From a virus: DNA of 64,000 nt. The stretch is taken from positions 1 through 64,000 of IMG/VR virus record IMGVR_UViG_3300009152_000003; one strand, 5' to 3'. The translations under genes were made by a program, and so were the position numbers. The notes beneath the pieces are model-generated. The model was not told the origin of the DNA. It saw only the letters and a program-made list of their open reading frames with translations, and searched no databases. This document shows, piece by piece, positions 19,371 through 28,666 of the stretch. The stretch's first letter is position 1. Each line of letters starts with the position of its first letter.

Positions 19371-20099
19371 CTAGCGGTCCTGAAAAACCCCGACGTAGAC
19401 CGTGCCTTTCTTGCACAAGGGCAACACCTTGTCACGCAGGTCAGCGTTGTGGGCCCGCAGGCAGCCAAGAGTAGGGAGCAATGCCTGGGTCGGGGCCCAG
19501 GCGCCAGGCCAACCATTCCCTGACCCGCCGCCGTGCAACATGATCCCAGCGCGGCCATTGACAGCTTCCTGCCCTTCCAGCTCTTCGAGGTCGAACGAAT
19601 ACCAGCCATAGGCCTCCGCGTTGTCGGATTGGCGTGGCCATGGATTGTCGTCGTAGTCCCTGTAGATCTGTCCGATCCTGTACAGACCGGGCGGAGTGTC
19701 GCTGTTGCGCCTGCGCCAGTTGGAGCCGCCCACGCCGCGAGCGAGGCAAGGGACCTTCCACAAGGGTTTGCCCGTGTGGTCGTAGGCCTCCATGTCTCCA
19801 TCGCGGTCGTTGACCAGCAAATAGGAATCGCCGGGCTTGACGGGGGCCTTGATCCTGGGGCCGGTCAAGCCCTCCTCTTCCTTGCCGCGAGGGTCAAGCC
19901 CTGCAGTGGCAACGGTTGCACCCGGGGTCGGTGACGGAGCCTTGGTCTCGACCGCGGCTTTCCACAGCTCCCGCAGTTCTCCGTCCTCGTCCAGGGCCTT
20001 GGGGTCAAGTTCGATCAACCGGTCAAGCACCGCCTGTAGCCAAGCACGGTGATGTGCCTTGGCTGGATTGAAGAACGTCACATAGTTCGATTGGCTCAT
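19371..20099 (-). CDS. L,D-transpeptidase (YkuD-family) protein, candidate lysin
   Basis: DTPPGLYRIG, GIMLHGGG and PTLGCLRAHNADL catalytic His/Cys motif. Confidence 0.8.
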   Translation of the reverse strand: MSQSNYVTFFNPAKAHHRAWLQAVLDRLIELDPKALDEDGELRELWKAAVETKAPSPTPGATVATAGLDPRGKEEEGLTGPRIKAPVKPGDSYLLVNDRDGDMEAYDHTGKPLWKVPCLARGVGGSNWRRRNSDTPPGLYRIGQIYRDYDDNPWPRQSDNAEAYGWYSFDLEELEGQEAVNGRAGIMLHGGGSGNGWPGAWAPTQALLPTLGCLRAHNADLRDKVLPLCKKGTVYVGVFQDR

Positions 20100-20350
20100 G
20101 ACGCACCTCCCTCGCTGCCCTGCTCAAGCGCTTCAACCGCCAAGTGTTGCGCAGCCTCATCGCTGTAGCCCTGCTCCAGCAGGGACCTGTACAGCTCATT
20201 AAAGCGTTCGACGCTCGTATCCATGCCTTCGCCGTGGGTTATTACCTCAGCCGCCATGTGCTGAGCCGCCGGGGGAGGCATGTCATCGCTGACGAAATGC
20301 TTCGCCAGCGCTTGGAACATCTCAGGGCTGCCAGCTAGCCGCATGACCAC
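20096..20350 (-). CDS. Hypothetical protein with internal AAQH(M/L)A repeat
   Basis: 84 aa, coupled to the lysin gene. Confidence 0.55.
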   Translation of the reverse strand: MVMRLAGSPEMFQALAKHFVSDDMPPPAAQHMAAEVITHGEGMDTSVERFNELYRSLLEQGYSDEAAQHLAVEALEQGSEGGAS

Positions 20351-20382
20351 TCACGGGTGTCACACCATGCTAGACGGGTCGT

Positions 20383-20661
20383 TCAGAGCATCTGCCAGGG
20401 GGCGTCCACCGAAGCCTTTTTCACGAAGCCAGGCAAATCCTCCATGCCGCGCGGATTCGTCAAAAGCCTCAATCGCAGCTTCTCCCTCATGACCGGATCA
20501 TTGGCGTTCGGGACTCCTTCGAAGTCCCTGCCCGGCACCTTGGGATAGCTCAGGTCAAAGCTGGGGTTTCCCGCCAAAGCATCGCCGCCTTCCCCTTGCC
20601 GCTCAGCCCAATCCATGTAGCGCCGGGCCCTGGCTGCTGCTTCAACTCGGTCTGCCATCAC
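20383..20661 (-). CDS. Hypothetical protein
   Basis: 92 aa ORF in operon spacing. Confidence 0.5.
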   Translation of the reverse strand: MMADRVEAAARARRYMDWAERQGEGGDALAGNPSFDLSYPKVPGRDFEGVPNANDPVMREKLRLRLLTNPRGMEDLPGFVKKASVDAPWQML

Positions 20662-20673
20662 TCAGCGACTCTC

Positions 20674-21018
20674 TTAGTACCCGCCGAGCGCCATCTGCCC
20701 AAACTCCGCCAACTTGCCGCAGGACAGCCCGCACTTATGGATAACGTCCTCCTTCGCCCTGGCGACCAACGCCTGGGCCATCTCAGCCTGCGCATTCTGC
20801 TCGACTGTCCGGACCTGGTGCGTGGCCGTGTTCCCCGCGACGACAGCGTTGCGGGCCTCGCCAAGCATCCCTGCCGCCTGCTGCGTCCTGCTCTGGAGCT
20901 CCATGGCGCCGGCCGCAGTACCGATCCTCGAGGGCAGTACGAGGTTCTGCTGGTAAGCCGACATCCCGGCTCCCTCCGTGTGGAGCAGAGGGTTCTGCAC
21001 TCCTGGTGGCATCTTCAT
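20674..21018 (-). CDS. Hypothetical protein
   Basis: 114 aa ORF in operon spacing. Confidence 0.55.
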   Translation of the reverse strand: MKMPPGVQNPLLHTEGAGMSAYQQNLVLPSRIGTAAGAMELQSRTQQAAGMLGEARNAVVAGNTATHQVRTVEQNAQAEMAQALVARAKEDVIHKCGLSCGKLAEFGQMALGGY

Positions 21019-21032
21019 GGCGGTTCTCGCGA

Positions 21033-22001
21033 TCAGGTGTCAGAGATCAACAGCTTGCCCCGCAGAGCATCGGCAGGGGCTTGGGACAGTACGCGCCAGA
21101 GCTGGTCGGGCTGACGCTCGGCCACTTGCGCAAAGTTCGACCAGAAGTCGCTGGGAGGAGCCTGGTAACCCGGGGCGGGCATCTGCATCTGAGGACGCTG
21201 GTAGCCGTAACCGCCGGCGTTGACTTCGGCCTGCAGGCGGTCCTGGGATGTCTCAACCGGTGCCGGACCGCTGGGCCCGAAGAACTCGTTGACGTAATCC
21301 GCCAGCAGGTCAGGATCGGTGGTCAGCAGGTTGTACGCCTGGTTGTCCTCGAGAGTCGCACCCAGCGCAACCTCCATCTGACGGAGATTGCTATGCAGCT
21401 GTTGCAACTGCTCGATCGCCTGGGAGCTCTGCTGTGCCTGGGCCAGTAAAGCGTCCTCGACGGTGCAGGCGTACCGGTTCAGCAGCGCGGGAGCTTCAGC
21501 GCCGAAGTGCTGCAAGACCTCCAGCGACTCATTGCTTACCTCGCTTAGGTACCCGTCGACCTGCTCGACGGCTGGGGCGCTCGGTGCGCTCGGGGCGCCT
21601 TGCCACGCGCTCGGATAGCTCGGCGAATACACCGGCGTTGCTTGGGGCAGCAATGTCGGCATCGCCGTACCGTATGCCTGCTGCTGGTAGCTGGGCGCCA
21701 CCGAAGGGAAGGGCGCCTGGTAAGCGGGTCCCGACGGGGTCCCGGGCCAGGAGGGTTCCTGGGCCTGGTATTGGGGCGTCGCGCTCAAACGGGCGGACAG
21801 GTTGGCGTACGCCGCCTGCCACGGATCCGCCGCTGGGGACGGAGCTGCCTGCTGCTGGTAGCTGGGCTGCGTCGGGTACGAAGTCGGGGCCATCGGTGCC
21901 TGAGGCATCGATGGGGAGGCCGGCATCGACACGGGCGCGCTGGAGGGGATTGAGCTCTGCGGGCTCACCTGAACCTGCGGCATCGCCGAACTGTCCTGCA
22001 T
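21033..22001 (-). CDS. Putative capsid scaffolding protein
   Basis: Pro/Gln/Ala-rich disordered N-half, coiled-coil C-half, between portal and capsid; GGGAG upstream of the ATG. Confidence 0.65.
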   Translation of the reverse strand: MQDSSAMPQVQVSPQSSIPSSAPVSMPASPSMPQAPMAPTSYPTQPSYQQQAAPSPAADPWQAAYANLSARLSATPQYQAQEPSWPGTPSGPAYQAPFPSVAPSYQQQAYGTAMPTLLPQATPVYSPSYPSAWQGAPSAPSAPAVEQVDGYLSEVSNESLEVLQHFGAEAPALLNRYACTVEDALLAQAQQSSQAIEQLQQLHSNLRQMEVALGATLEDNQAYNLLTTDPDLLADYVNEFFGPSGPAPVETSQDRLQAEVNAGGYGYQRPQMQMPAPGYQAPPSDFWSNFAQVAERQPDQLWRVLSQAPADALRGKLLISDT

Positions 22002-23742
22002 AAGTCAGCTCCCGTTTGAGGAAATCGAAAGTCCGGTAGAGGAATGGCGTCAGGTCGAGGCGTGCATCTGCCAGGAGTGGAAGATTCGGCGCCTGTGGAT
22101 GCGGGGTTTCCCGCATCGCTCTGATCAGGTTCAGGAATGTCGCAATGCTGGACTGCGTCGCCTGAGCCAACCTGAATGGGTACCCATTGAGCATAGCGCT
22201 CCTTTCCTCATCGGTTTTTGACGGGAACAGGTAGCGCAGCGCCTCGATCGAGTTGACTCCCAGCTCTTGGAGGTTCCGCACGACAATCGAGTTGTTCAGG
22301 ATGTCGTCGGTCGACTCCTCGAACACCGGGCCTCGCCAGCGCCACTCAATACGACGATCACCATCAGGGATCAGCCCTGCCACCCCGGGCGGGAACTTCT
22401 GCTCCTCGATGGCCTTGTCGATCGCCGCCTGCACCTTCTGCCGGTAAGCTCCATAGTCGGCCTGGTGCTTCTCAACGGCAGCTTGGTATGCCTCCTCGTC
22501 GCCAATGTCTTCTTTGATGGGCGCCACCGGTGCCTTGATCTTCACGGAAGCGGCGAAGCTCTCGCGGAAGACGTTCTCCTCGTTGTAGATCATCAGGGCC
22601 AGCAGCTTGCAGAGCCCATAGGTCAGCAGCCCACGGCACTTGCGGAATGCCGTTGTCGCCGCCCGGCCAAACAGGCTCTTGACCTCGTAGGCCGTTGCTC
22701 CCGAGCTGATGCCGATCTCGTCGACGCCCCCTAGGGCTGTGCGGATTTCCTCGCGGTACTGGCGGGCGTAGAGGTTCTGGTCACCGCTGACCGCATTGGG
22801 CGTGATGTACTGAACCCGGTCGGTCGCCTCCAGGTTGGCGATCAACCGGGGCACCCGTACCCCGCCGTCAAAACTGGGCGCCCCGGTCAGCGAGAAGCGG
22901 GTGCTGGGCCGGTCGGCCGATGAGAATCCAGCTCGGCTGCTGATCGTCGGACGCTGCATGCCGCCCCCGTCGCCAGACTCCACCAGGTCGTGCTTGGGAC
23001 GGCTTGAAACCAGAGTCGGGTTGCCGTAGAAGCGGATGTTCTCGCGGATATTCCGCACCAGCGAGTCGTGGTACAGAATGTGCCCCTCCGAGCCGGCAAA
23101 GTCGCCAGTGGCGTCCATTCCGGTCGGGCGCATCCAGTTGAAAGACTCGACTGCTGGGATGAAGCCCAGGGAGTTGCGCGTCGTGCGCCTGTCCCTGTTC
23201 ATCGACATCGCATCGGCTGGCAGGGGCGTGTCGAACTGGGGCTTCTCGGGGGTGATTGTCTCGATGATTTCGTTGCGCTTGACCCGCAGGCGCACGTACT
23301 TCTGGGTTGCGCCGCCAACCCCCGGCAGCGCGATCGCGCCTAGCTCGGAGCGGGCCCGAAAGGAGTAGATCAGGTCGAGTTCTTCGAGCTGCTCGTCGGC
23401 GTCGTAGTAGGCGCGGTAGTTCTCCTTGGAGAACCACATGATCCGGTAGTTCTCGCCTACCGGCCGGAAAAACCAAAGGCCGACGCCCTGGGTGATGAAG
23501 TCATCGACAATGCCCTCAAGGCGCTGGTCGATCTCGTTCTCCTCGATGATCTTCTCGACGAACGTGCGCCGGAATCCGTAGGTGTCGGTGCGGGGATAGA
23601 ACTCGATCCCCTGCCGCAACATAAACAGCCGCATCTGGGACAGGTGTCCCGATACGATCGTGGTATCGGCCGTGCCGTCGCCGCGTCGCTCACGAGCGGC
23701 ATCGACGATCTGACTGAACCGGTTCGGGTCAAGTTGAGGCAT
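21529..23742 (-). CDS. Portal protein
   Basis: 737 aa directly downstream of terminase; GFIPAVE, ISSGATAYEVK, IEWRW, NSIEALRYLFP portal-like patterns. Confidence 0.75.
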   Translation of the reverse strand: MPQLDPNRFSQIVDAARERRGDGTADTTIVSGHLSQMRLFMLRQGIEFYPRTDTYGFRRTFVEKIIEENEIDQRLEGIVDDFITQGVGLWFFRPVGENYRIMWFSKENYRAYYDADEQLEELDLIYSFRARSELGAIALPGVGGATQKYVRLRVKRNEIIETITPEKPQFDTPLPADAMSMNRDRRTTRNSLGFIPAVESFNWMRPTGMDATGDFAGSEGHILYHDSLVRNIRENIRFYGNPTLVSSRPKHDLVESGDGGGMQRPTISSRAGFSSADRPSTRFSLTGAPSFDGGVRVPRLIANLEATDRVQYITPNAVSGDQNLYARQYREEIRTALGGVDEIGISSGATAYEVKSLFGRAATTAFRKCRGLLTYGLCKLLALMIYNEENVFRESFAASVKIKAPVAPIKEDIGDEEAYQAAVEKHQADYGAYRQKVQAAIDKAIEEQKFPPGVAGLIPDGDRRIEWRWRGPVFEESTDDILNNSIVVRNLQELGVNSIEALRYLFPSKTDEERSAMLNGYPFRLAQATQSSIATFLNLIRAMRETPHPQAPNLPLLADARLDLTPFLYRTFDFLKRELTYAGQFGDAAGSGEPAELNPLQRARVDAGLPIDASGTDGPDFVPDAAQLPAAGSSVPSGGSVAGGVRQPVRPFERDAPIPGPGTLLARDPVGTRLPGALPFGGAQLPAAGIRYGDADIAAPSNAGVFAELSERVARRPERTERPSRRAGRRVPKRGKQ

Positions 23743-23778
23743 GAGTGCATCCTAGGGATGGCGCCCCTGCAAGCCAAG

Positions 23779-25323
23779 TCACTCGATGTGGATCCTGCCT
23801 CTGCGGCAGCCCTGATCGAGCAGGATCTGCAGGGCGTCGGCGCAGTCGTCGTGAGGGGAGTTGCCGAGGTTCACGACCTCGTCAAACACGACCCGGAAAT
23901 CCCGGTACTTGTTGAAGACGACCTTACCCGTCTCGAACAATCCCATGACGCCGCGAAACCGTGCGAGCTTGTCGCCGCGGACCCCCGTCACCGGTGAGAC
24001 GCGCAGGTTGACCAGGGGCTGAGCAACCAGGCTCGACTCGCGGTGCGCGATCCGCTTGAAGTCGCCCTCGAACGACTGCTGGTACGCGACTGCTTCCGGC
24101 CAGACCGTCACGTCCGAAGCTGTTGGCAGGTAACGCCCATCGGAGTCCTGGTCCAGCAGGTTCCACTCGTGCAGCAACTCGCAGAGGGCCTCGACCTTCT
24201 CGATGTTGCCCATGCTGCGGACCCGCCGCTTGTCGATCACGTAGAACTTGTCGCCATCCAGGCCGCCCAGCATGAAGACCGTGTAGTCGTTGCGCTCCTT
24301 CAGGCCCGAGGAGAGGTCCATGCTCACCCCGATCAGATCGAAGTGCTCTGGGATCGTGCCACGAATGAAGAGCTCCGGCTTGATGCCCAACTCGGTCGAG
24401 CGGACCGCTCGGTTCATGTACTGGTACGCAAACGAGACCCGGTCCGTCTCTTGTACGCCGAGCAGGTATTCGAGCGACCACCATTCCGGCCAGTAGGAGC
24501 GCGGCACCCCCTCGTCGTCGTACAGCAGTGCGCCCTGGACCATGACCTTCCAGCCGTTGCGCTCGATGAAGGTCGTCGCAAAGACGTCATCGAAGTGGAA
24601 ACGGGTGCCCAGAGCGATCGCCCGGGCACCCTGGAACATGGTCGGAACGATCACGCTGTTCCAGTTGGCCTCCATCTCCCGGCGAATCTCGGGGTTGTCG
24701 ATCGACTTCTTGGACTTGATCAAGTCGTCTAGCACAACCAAGTTCGATCGCTTGGAGGTAATTGCGCCGGCCAGGCCTGCGCAGGCCAGGGTGAACGCGT
24801 CCTCACCGCGAACGTCGATGCCGGCGTATTCGAAGTCGATCGACCAGAGCTCATCGCTGGTCTTGGTCTTGGAGAGCCGCACGCAAGGGAAGATCTCCTG
24901 GTAGGTATCCGAGAGGATCGTGTTCTTGATGGCGCCGCTCTTGCCCCGAGCAACATCAACGATGAACGAGACGTAGAGGATCCGCAGCAGCTTCTTAGCC
25001 AGGGTGTGCCGGCCGATGCACCAGGCCAGAAGCAGACCAACCACCGTCGACTTCGCGGATCCCCGCGGGCTGAGCAGGCAAGAGTTGGGCCCAGCGATGT
25101 CGAGCAGGTGCTCATTGCTTTCGCCGGTCACCAGCTCCCGGTGCCACTCGAGCATGTGCGCGGCCGGCGGTTTGCCCATCGCCGCGCAGAAGGCGCCAAA
25201 GTCCTCCCGAGCCTGCTTGACACGCTCGCTGACAGCCTCGACCTCACCCTTGGTCTGCGGGACGCGCCGCGCCGTTAGCCGCCCGGTGCGCTTGTGTGCC
25301 CTGACGAGCGCAAGGTCTGCCAT
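23779..25323 (-). CDS. terL: Terminase large subunit
   Basis: SPRGSAKST Walker A, LVVLDDL Walker B, GTRFHFDD, MDLS..DYT and HDDCADAL nuclease motifs. Confidence 0.93.
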   Translation of the reverse strand: MADLALVRAHKRTGRLTARRVPQTKGEVEAVSERVKQAREDFGAFCAAMGKPPAAHMLEWHRELVTGESNEHLLDIAGPNSCLLSPRGSAKSTVVGLLLAWCIGRHTLAKKLLRILYVSFIVDVARGKSGAIKNTILSDTYQEIFPCVRLSKTKTSDELWSIDFEYAGIDVRGEDAFTLACAGLAGAITSKRSNLVVLDDLIKSKKSIDNPEIRREMEANWNSVIVPTMFQGARAIALGTRFHFDDVFATTFIERNGWKVMVQGALLYDDEGVPRSYWPEWWSLEYLLGVQETDRVSFAYQYMNRAVRSTELGIKPELFIRGTIPEHFDLIGVSMDLSSGLKERNDYTVFMLGGLDGDKFYVIDKRRVRSMGNIEKVEALCELLHEWNLLDQDSDGRYLPTASDVTVWPEAVAYQQSFEGDFKRIAHRESSLVAQPLVNLRVSPVTGVRGDKLARFRGVMGLFETGKVVFNKYRDFRVVFDEVVNLGNSPHDDCADALQILLDQGCRRGRIHIE

Positions 25324-25344
25324 AGCAGTCAGCGTAGCCGCGCG

Positions 25345-25875
25345 CTAACGCTCGTCGTTCATCTGGCTCCAGAACGCCTCAAATCCCTGCTCCAGGGCTG
25401 CCTTCATTTCGTCGTTGTCAGCGAACATGTCCTGCTGGATCCGGAGCAGTCGATCGGCCCCGGTCAGCAGCAACCCGCGCCGGTCGACGGTTCGGGTCAT
25501 GCGTTCAACTTCGACCAGGTGCCCGCGCATCTCTTTCGAGAGGGACGCAATGTTGCGGGCCGAATCAGTCGGCCTGGCTGGCCTGGCACTTTCCTGATCG
25601 TGATCGACGATGACATCGGTGTCCCGCAGGGAGGCAATGTCGCTCTCAAGCTTGATGGCCTCAGCCAGCAACATCTTGCGCCGGTCGAGCCGGGGGTAGC
25701 GCTTTTGCAGCCAAGCTTCTAGCTGCAGGAAGTCTCCCTCGTACCCCATCGCCGAGGCGTACATCCAAGTCTGAATCGCCGAATCGCGGCACTCACAGGC
25801 GCCCAGGAACCGCTCCCGTTGGCCGTTACCCAGGGACGAGAGGAACCCGGCGACCTCGGGGTGCTGCTCAGCCAT
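25345..25875 (-). CDS. Hypothetical protein, possible terminase small subunit
   Basis: Helical ~176 aa immediately upstream of terL; function inferred from position only. Confidence 0.45.
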   Translation of the reverse strand: MAEQHPEVAGFLSSLGNGQRERFLGACECRDSAIQTWMYASAMGYEGDFLQLEAWLQKRYPRLDRRKMLLAEAIKLESDIASLRDTDVIVDHDQESARPARPTDSARNIASLSKEMRGHLVEVERMTRTVDRRGLLLTGADRLLRIQQDMFADNDEMKAALEQGFEAFWSQMNDER

Positions 25876-26563
25876 AGAACCGCCGGCCGCCTGATGCAAT
25901 CGCGCCACGGGCGTCACGACGTAGGGCCAGGGTCTCTTCTGTTCCCTGCCGCAGTGTCTCGCGCTGCTCCCGTCCGGTCAGGCCGATCTGCCGTTCTTGA
26001 CTGTCGTAGCCGTATTTCTGGGCGTCGGCCGAGTATTTGACGCCTTCCACCTGCCTGTCGGCCGAATACTTAGTGCCCTCCACCTCTTTGTCGTAGCCAT
26101 AACGCGTGACGTCACCCCTCTGCTTATCGAGCTTGATGTCGGCATCGCTTTGCGACTTAATGCGCCGGTCCTCTGCCTCAGAAGCAATGCCTTGTGTGCT
26201 GCGCTGGTAGTCAATTGCCAAGGGGGTCATCGCCTTGGCGTAGCTGACATCAGATTCGCGTTGTGCGGTCGACTTCAAGACGTTATACGCCAGGTCTGCT
26301 CCAGCCGCGCCAACCGTTGGGTTGTCCTTGTTGCTGTCCAACCAACCTTTTGCAGAAGCATTGAAGCTATCGCTCATCCCGTAGAAAGAGCTTGGCGTGT
26401 TGAACGTTTGTCGAGCTTTTTGCTCTTGCTCCACCTTCTGGCGATCTTCTTCGGTGCGCCTGTTGTCGGCGTCCGCGGCCTCCCGCTTTTGCCTTTCAGC
26501 TACGGCTGCCCATTCGGCGGCCTGAGCTCTCGCCGCTTCCCTGCGCTTAGATGCTGCTGACAT
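25868..26563 (-). CDS. Coiled-coil protein with KYSAD/YGYD repeats, candidate DNA pilot/ejection protein
   Basis: RYGYDKEVEGTKYSADRQVEGVKYSADAQKYGYD 11-residue periodicity. Confidence 0.55.
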   Translation of the reverse strand: MSAASKRREAARAQAAEWAAVAERQKREAADADNRRTEEDRQKVEQEQKARQTFNTPSSFYGMSDSFNASAKGWLDSNKDNPTVGAAGADLAYNVLKSTAQRESDVSYAKAMTPLAIDYQRSTQGIASEAEDRRIKSQSDADIKLDKQRGDVTRYGYDKEVEGTKYSADRQVEGVKYSADAQKYGYDSQERQIGLTGREQRETLRQGTEETLALRRDARGAIASGGRRFYG

Positions 26564-26565
26564 GG

Positions 26566-27324
26566 CTAAATGCGGCTCGCGAGGTAGGCCAGACCAAGAC
26601 CCTTGACGAGGTCAAAGCCTTGCCGGATGGGACTGGGCTTGCTGGACTGCATGATCCGTTCAGCTGCCGCAAGATAGTCCTGCCTCCCGGTTCTTTCGCT
26701 GCTGAGAATTTGATTCAGGGCCGAGTTGTTGGGGTCCGAGCCAACAAGCATCCCAAGCTGCGCAGTCTCGCCGCCCAACAACCCCTGCTGCAGTCTGAAC
26801 GTATTGTCGAACAGTTGCCCCCGGGCGCGGCCCTGGATCTCCGCCAACGCTTCGGCTTCGGTGATTCGGTGCTGGCTCGTCCTGTCCAGCTTTCGAATGT
26901 CGTCGCTGGTCGTCGAGGTGTAGAGCTGGCCAGCAAATCCGGCCTGGGCGCCGATCTTTCTGATGTCGTTGCCGGTCGTCGTGGTATCAAGCTGGCCAGC
27001 AAGGTTCGTTTTGTGGGTCTCGCCGGTCATGGTCCTGCGATTCTCAGCGTCCAGCCCGGGCTGCGTGGCTGCGCTGACGGCTGCTGCCTGTCCAGGCAGT
27101 CGCTCCAGTGACCGGTCCAGGCGATCGTATCGCTCGTTTTCGCTCTGCTGACTCCGCTGCTCCTGCCGCTCTTGCTCCTTAGCGACCCTGCGTTCCCGCT
27201 GGGTCTCGCGTTCCCGCCCTGCCTGCCCAAAGGCGTCGCTGATCCTGCTCACCCTGCCAGCGGCGCGTTCGGCAGTGTTGGCTAGTCCCCTTCCCAGGTC
27301 AACTATCGGTAGCTGGAAAGGCAT
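26566..27324 (-). CDS. Candidate internal virion protein
   Basis: 252 aa; internal AGQL.T.TT..DIRK duplication. Confidence 0.5.
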   Translation of the reverse strand: MPFQLPIVDLGRGLANTAERAAGRVSRISDAFGQAGRERETQRERRVAKEQERQEQRSQQSENERYDRLDRSLERLPGQAAAVSAATQPGLDAENRRTMTGETHKTNLAGQLDTTTTGNDIRKIGAQAGFAGQLYTSTTSDDIRKLDRTSQHRITEAEALAEIQGRARGQLFDNTFRLQQGLLGGETAQLGMLVGSDPNNSALNQILSSERTGRQDYLAAAERIMQSSKPSPIRQGFDLVKGLGLAYLASRI

Positions 27325-27383
27325 GACATCGACATCCTGTGGGCCGATTCTAGGCGACGTCCGTAAGCCGTATCAGGCGTGGG

Positions 27384-27887
27384 CTATTGGCCCAGGAGGG
27401 TGATGCCCATCTCCGTGGCGCCCCTGGCTCTCGCTGACCAGGGGTCAAGGAGTGTGCGCGTCTGATTCAGCCCGGCCACAGTGCCATTGACCCCCTGAAG
27501 GATCTCCTGCGATGTCCTTGGTGCGGCGGCGCCCATGAGCTTGGACACGAAGTCCGCGGAGCCAGCAAAGCGATCGCCCGAGCCTCCCGCAATCCCCTGG
27601 GCCGCAATATCAAACAGGCCTGTTCGTAAGGCATTTTTTGTCTCCAGCCTGGTCTTAAGGGTGAGATAGTCTCGCTCGCCTTGCCTGGCTGCTTCTTCGC
27701 GGGCGAGCATGCTGCTGCCCTGGAGCCGAGTCGTATCGAGGAGGTTCTTGGCGTTGATTTCAGCCAGGCGACGTGCACTCTCGCGTTCAGCGTCACTGTT
27801 TGAGCGTTGCTGAAACGTGGTGTCCCCAAACGGCCTTGGCGCGTTGGCAAGCAGGTCGCCAAATGACGAGGGGCTGAGGACAACCAT
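27384..27887 (-). CDS. Candidate internal virion protein
   Basis: 167 aa helical, coupled to its neighbour. Confidence 0.5.
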   Translation of the reverse strand: MVVLSPSSFGDLLANAPRPFGDTTFQQRSNSDAERESARRLAEINAKNLLDTTRLQGSSMLAREEAARQGERDYLTLKTRLETKNALRTGLFDIAAQGIAGGSGDRFAGSADFVSKLMGAAAPRTSQEILQGVNGTVAGLNQTRTLLDPWSARARGATEMGITLLGQ

Positions 27888-28636
27888 CAGCCCAGACCTC
27901 GTCCAGCGATCGCCCCCAGCATGCTGGTGAAATTGGGATCCCGATAGGCGCCCGGTACGCCCTGAGCGCCCTGGAAGAGCGCTTGGGCGTACAGCTGCCT
28001 GGCCTGCAGGTCAGCGGCAAGTTGAGCCTCCCGTTGATTGTTTTCCGACTGGGCACGCATGGCTGCTTGCTGCAGCGGCAGGGCCTTCCAGCCAGCCTGA
28101 GTCTGTGCGTCCGCCATCGACTCGTAGCGCCGCCGGTTGGCGTCGATCTCCTTGGTCACGGGGTCGTTGAATATGCCCGAGACAGCGTCGAAGGCGTTCC
28201 GGCCGGCGCTGCCACCGAGGCCAGTACCCAGGGCACCACCGATGCCAGCGCCGATCGCTCCGCCAAGGCCGGGGATCGGGATCAGTGCTTGTCCGATGGC
28301 GCCACCGGCCATCATGCCCAGTGCGCCACCACCCGCCGCTCCGAGCCCGCCGCTCAGGTTGCCGCCGGGATTCGTGGGGTCGGCGCCCAGCTGTTCCATG
28401 GCGCCGATGGCAACGGGAACCCCAGCCAAGAGAGCGCCACCAAGTCTGCCGCGAGGGCTCTTCAGGAAGCTGAGAATATCGCCAGCAAAGCGCATCTTGT
28501 CACCGTTGCTGTTCGGGGGATTGTTCGGTCCGGAGCTCGCAGAGCCGGGAGCCGACGGAATGTCGTACGACTGGTCAGCCCTTGACAAGCCGTAATGCAG
28601 GTACGGGTCGGGGCCTCCCGGGTAGTAATTCGCCAC
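27887..28636 (-). CDS. Glycine-zipper protein, candidate ejection protein
   Basis: GGAIGQALIPIPGLGGAIGAGIGGALG hydrophobic GxxxG hairpin. Confidence 0.6.
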   Translation of the reverse strand: MANYYPGGPDPYLHYGLSRADQSYDIPSAPGSASSGPNNPPNSNGDKMRFAGDILSFLKSPRGRLGGALLAGVPVAIGAMEQLGADPTNPGGNLSGGLGAAGGGALGMMAGGAIGQALIPIPGLGGAIGAGIGGALGTGLGGSAGRNAFDAVSGIFNDPVTKEIDANRRRYESMADAQTQAGWKALPLQQAAMRAQSENNQREAQLAADLQARQLYAQALFQGAQGVPGAYRDPNFTSMLGAIAGRGLG

Positions 28637-28666
28637 GTTCGCTCCAGGAGACCCTTTTGCTCGATT

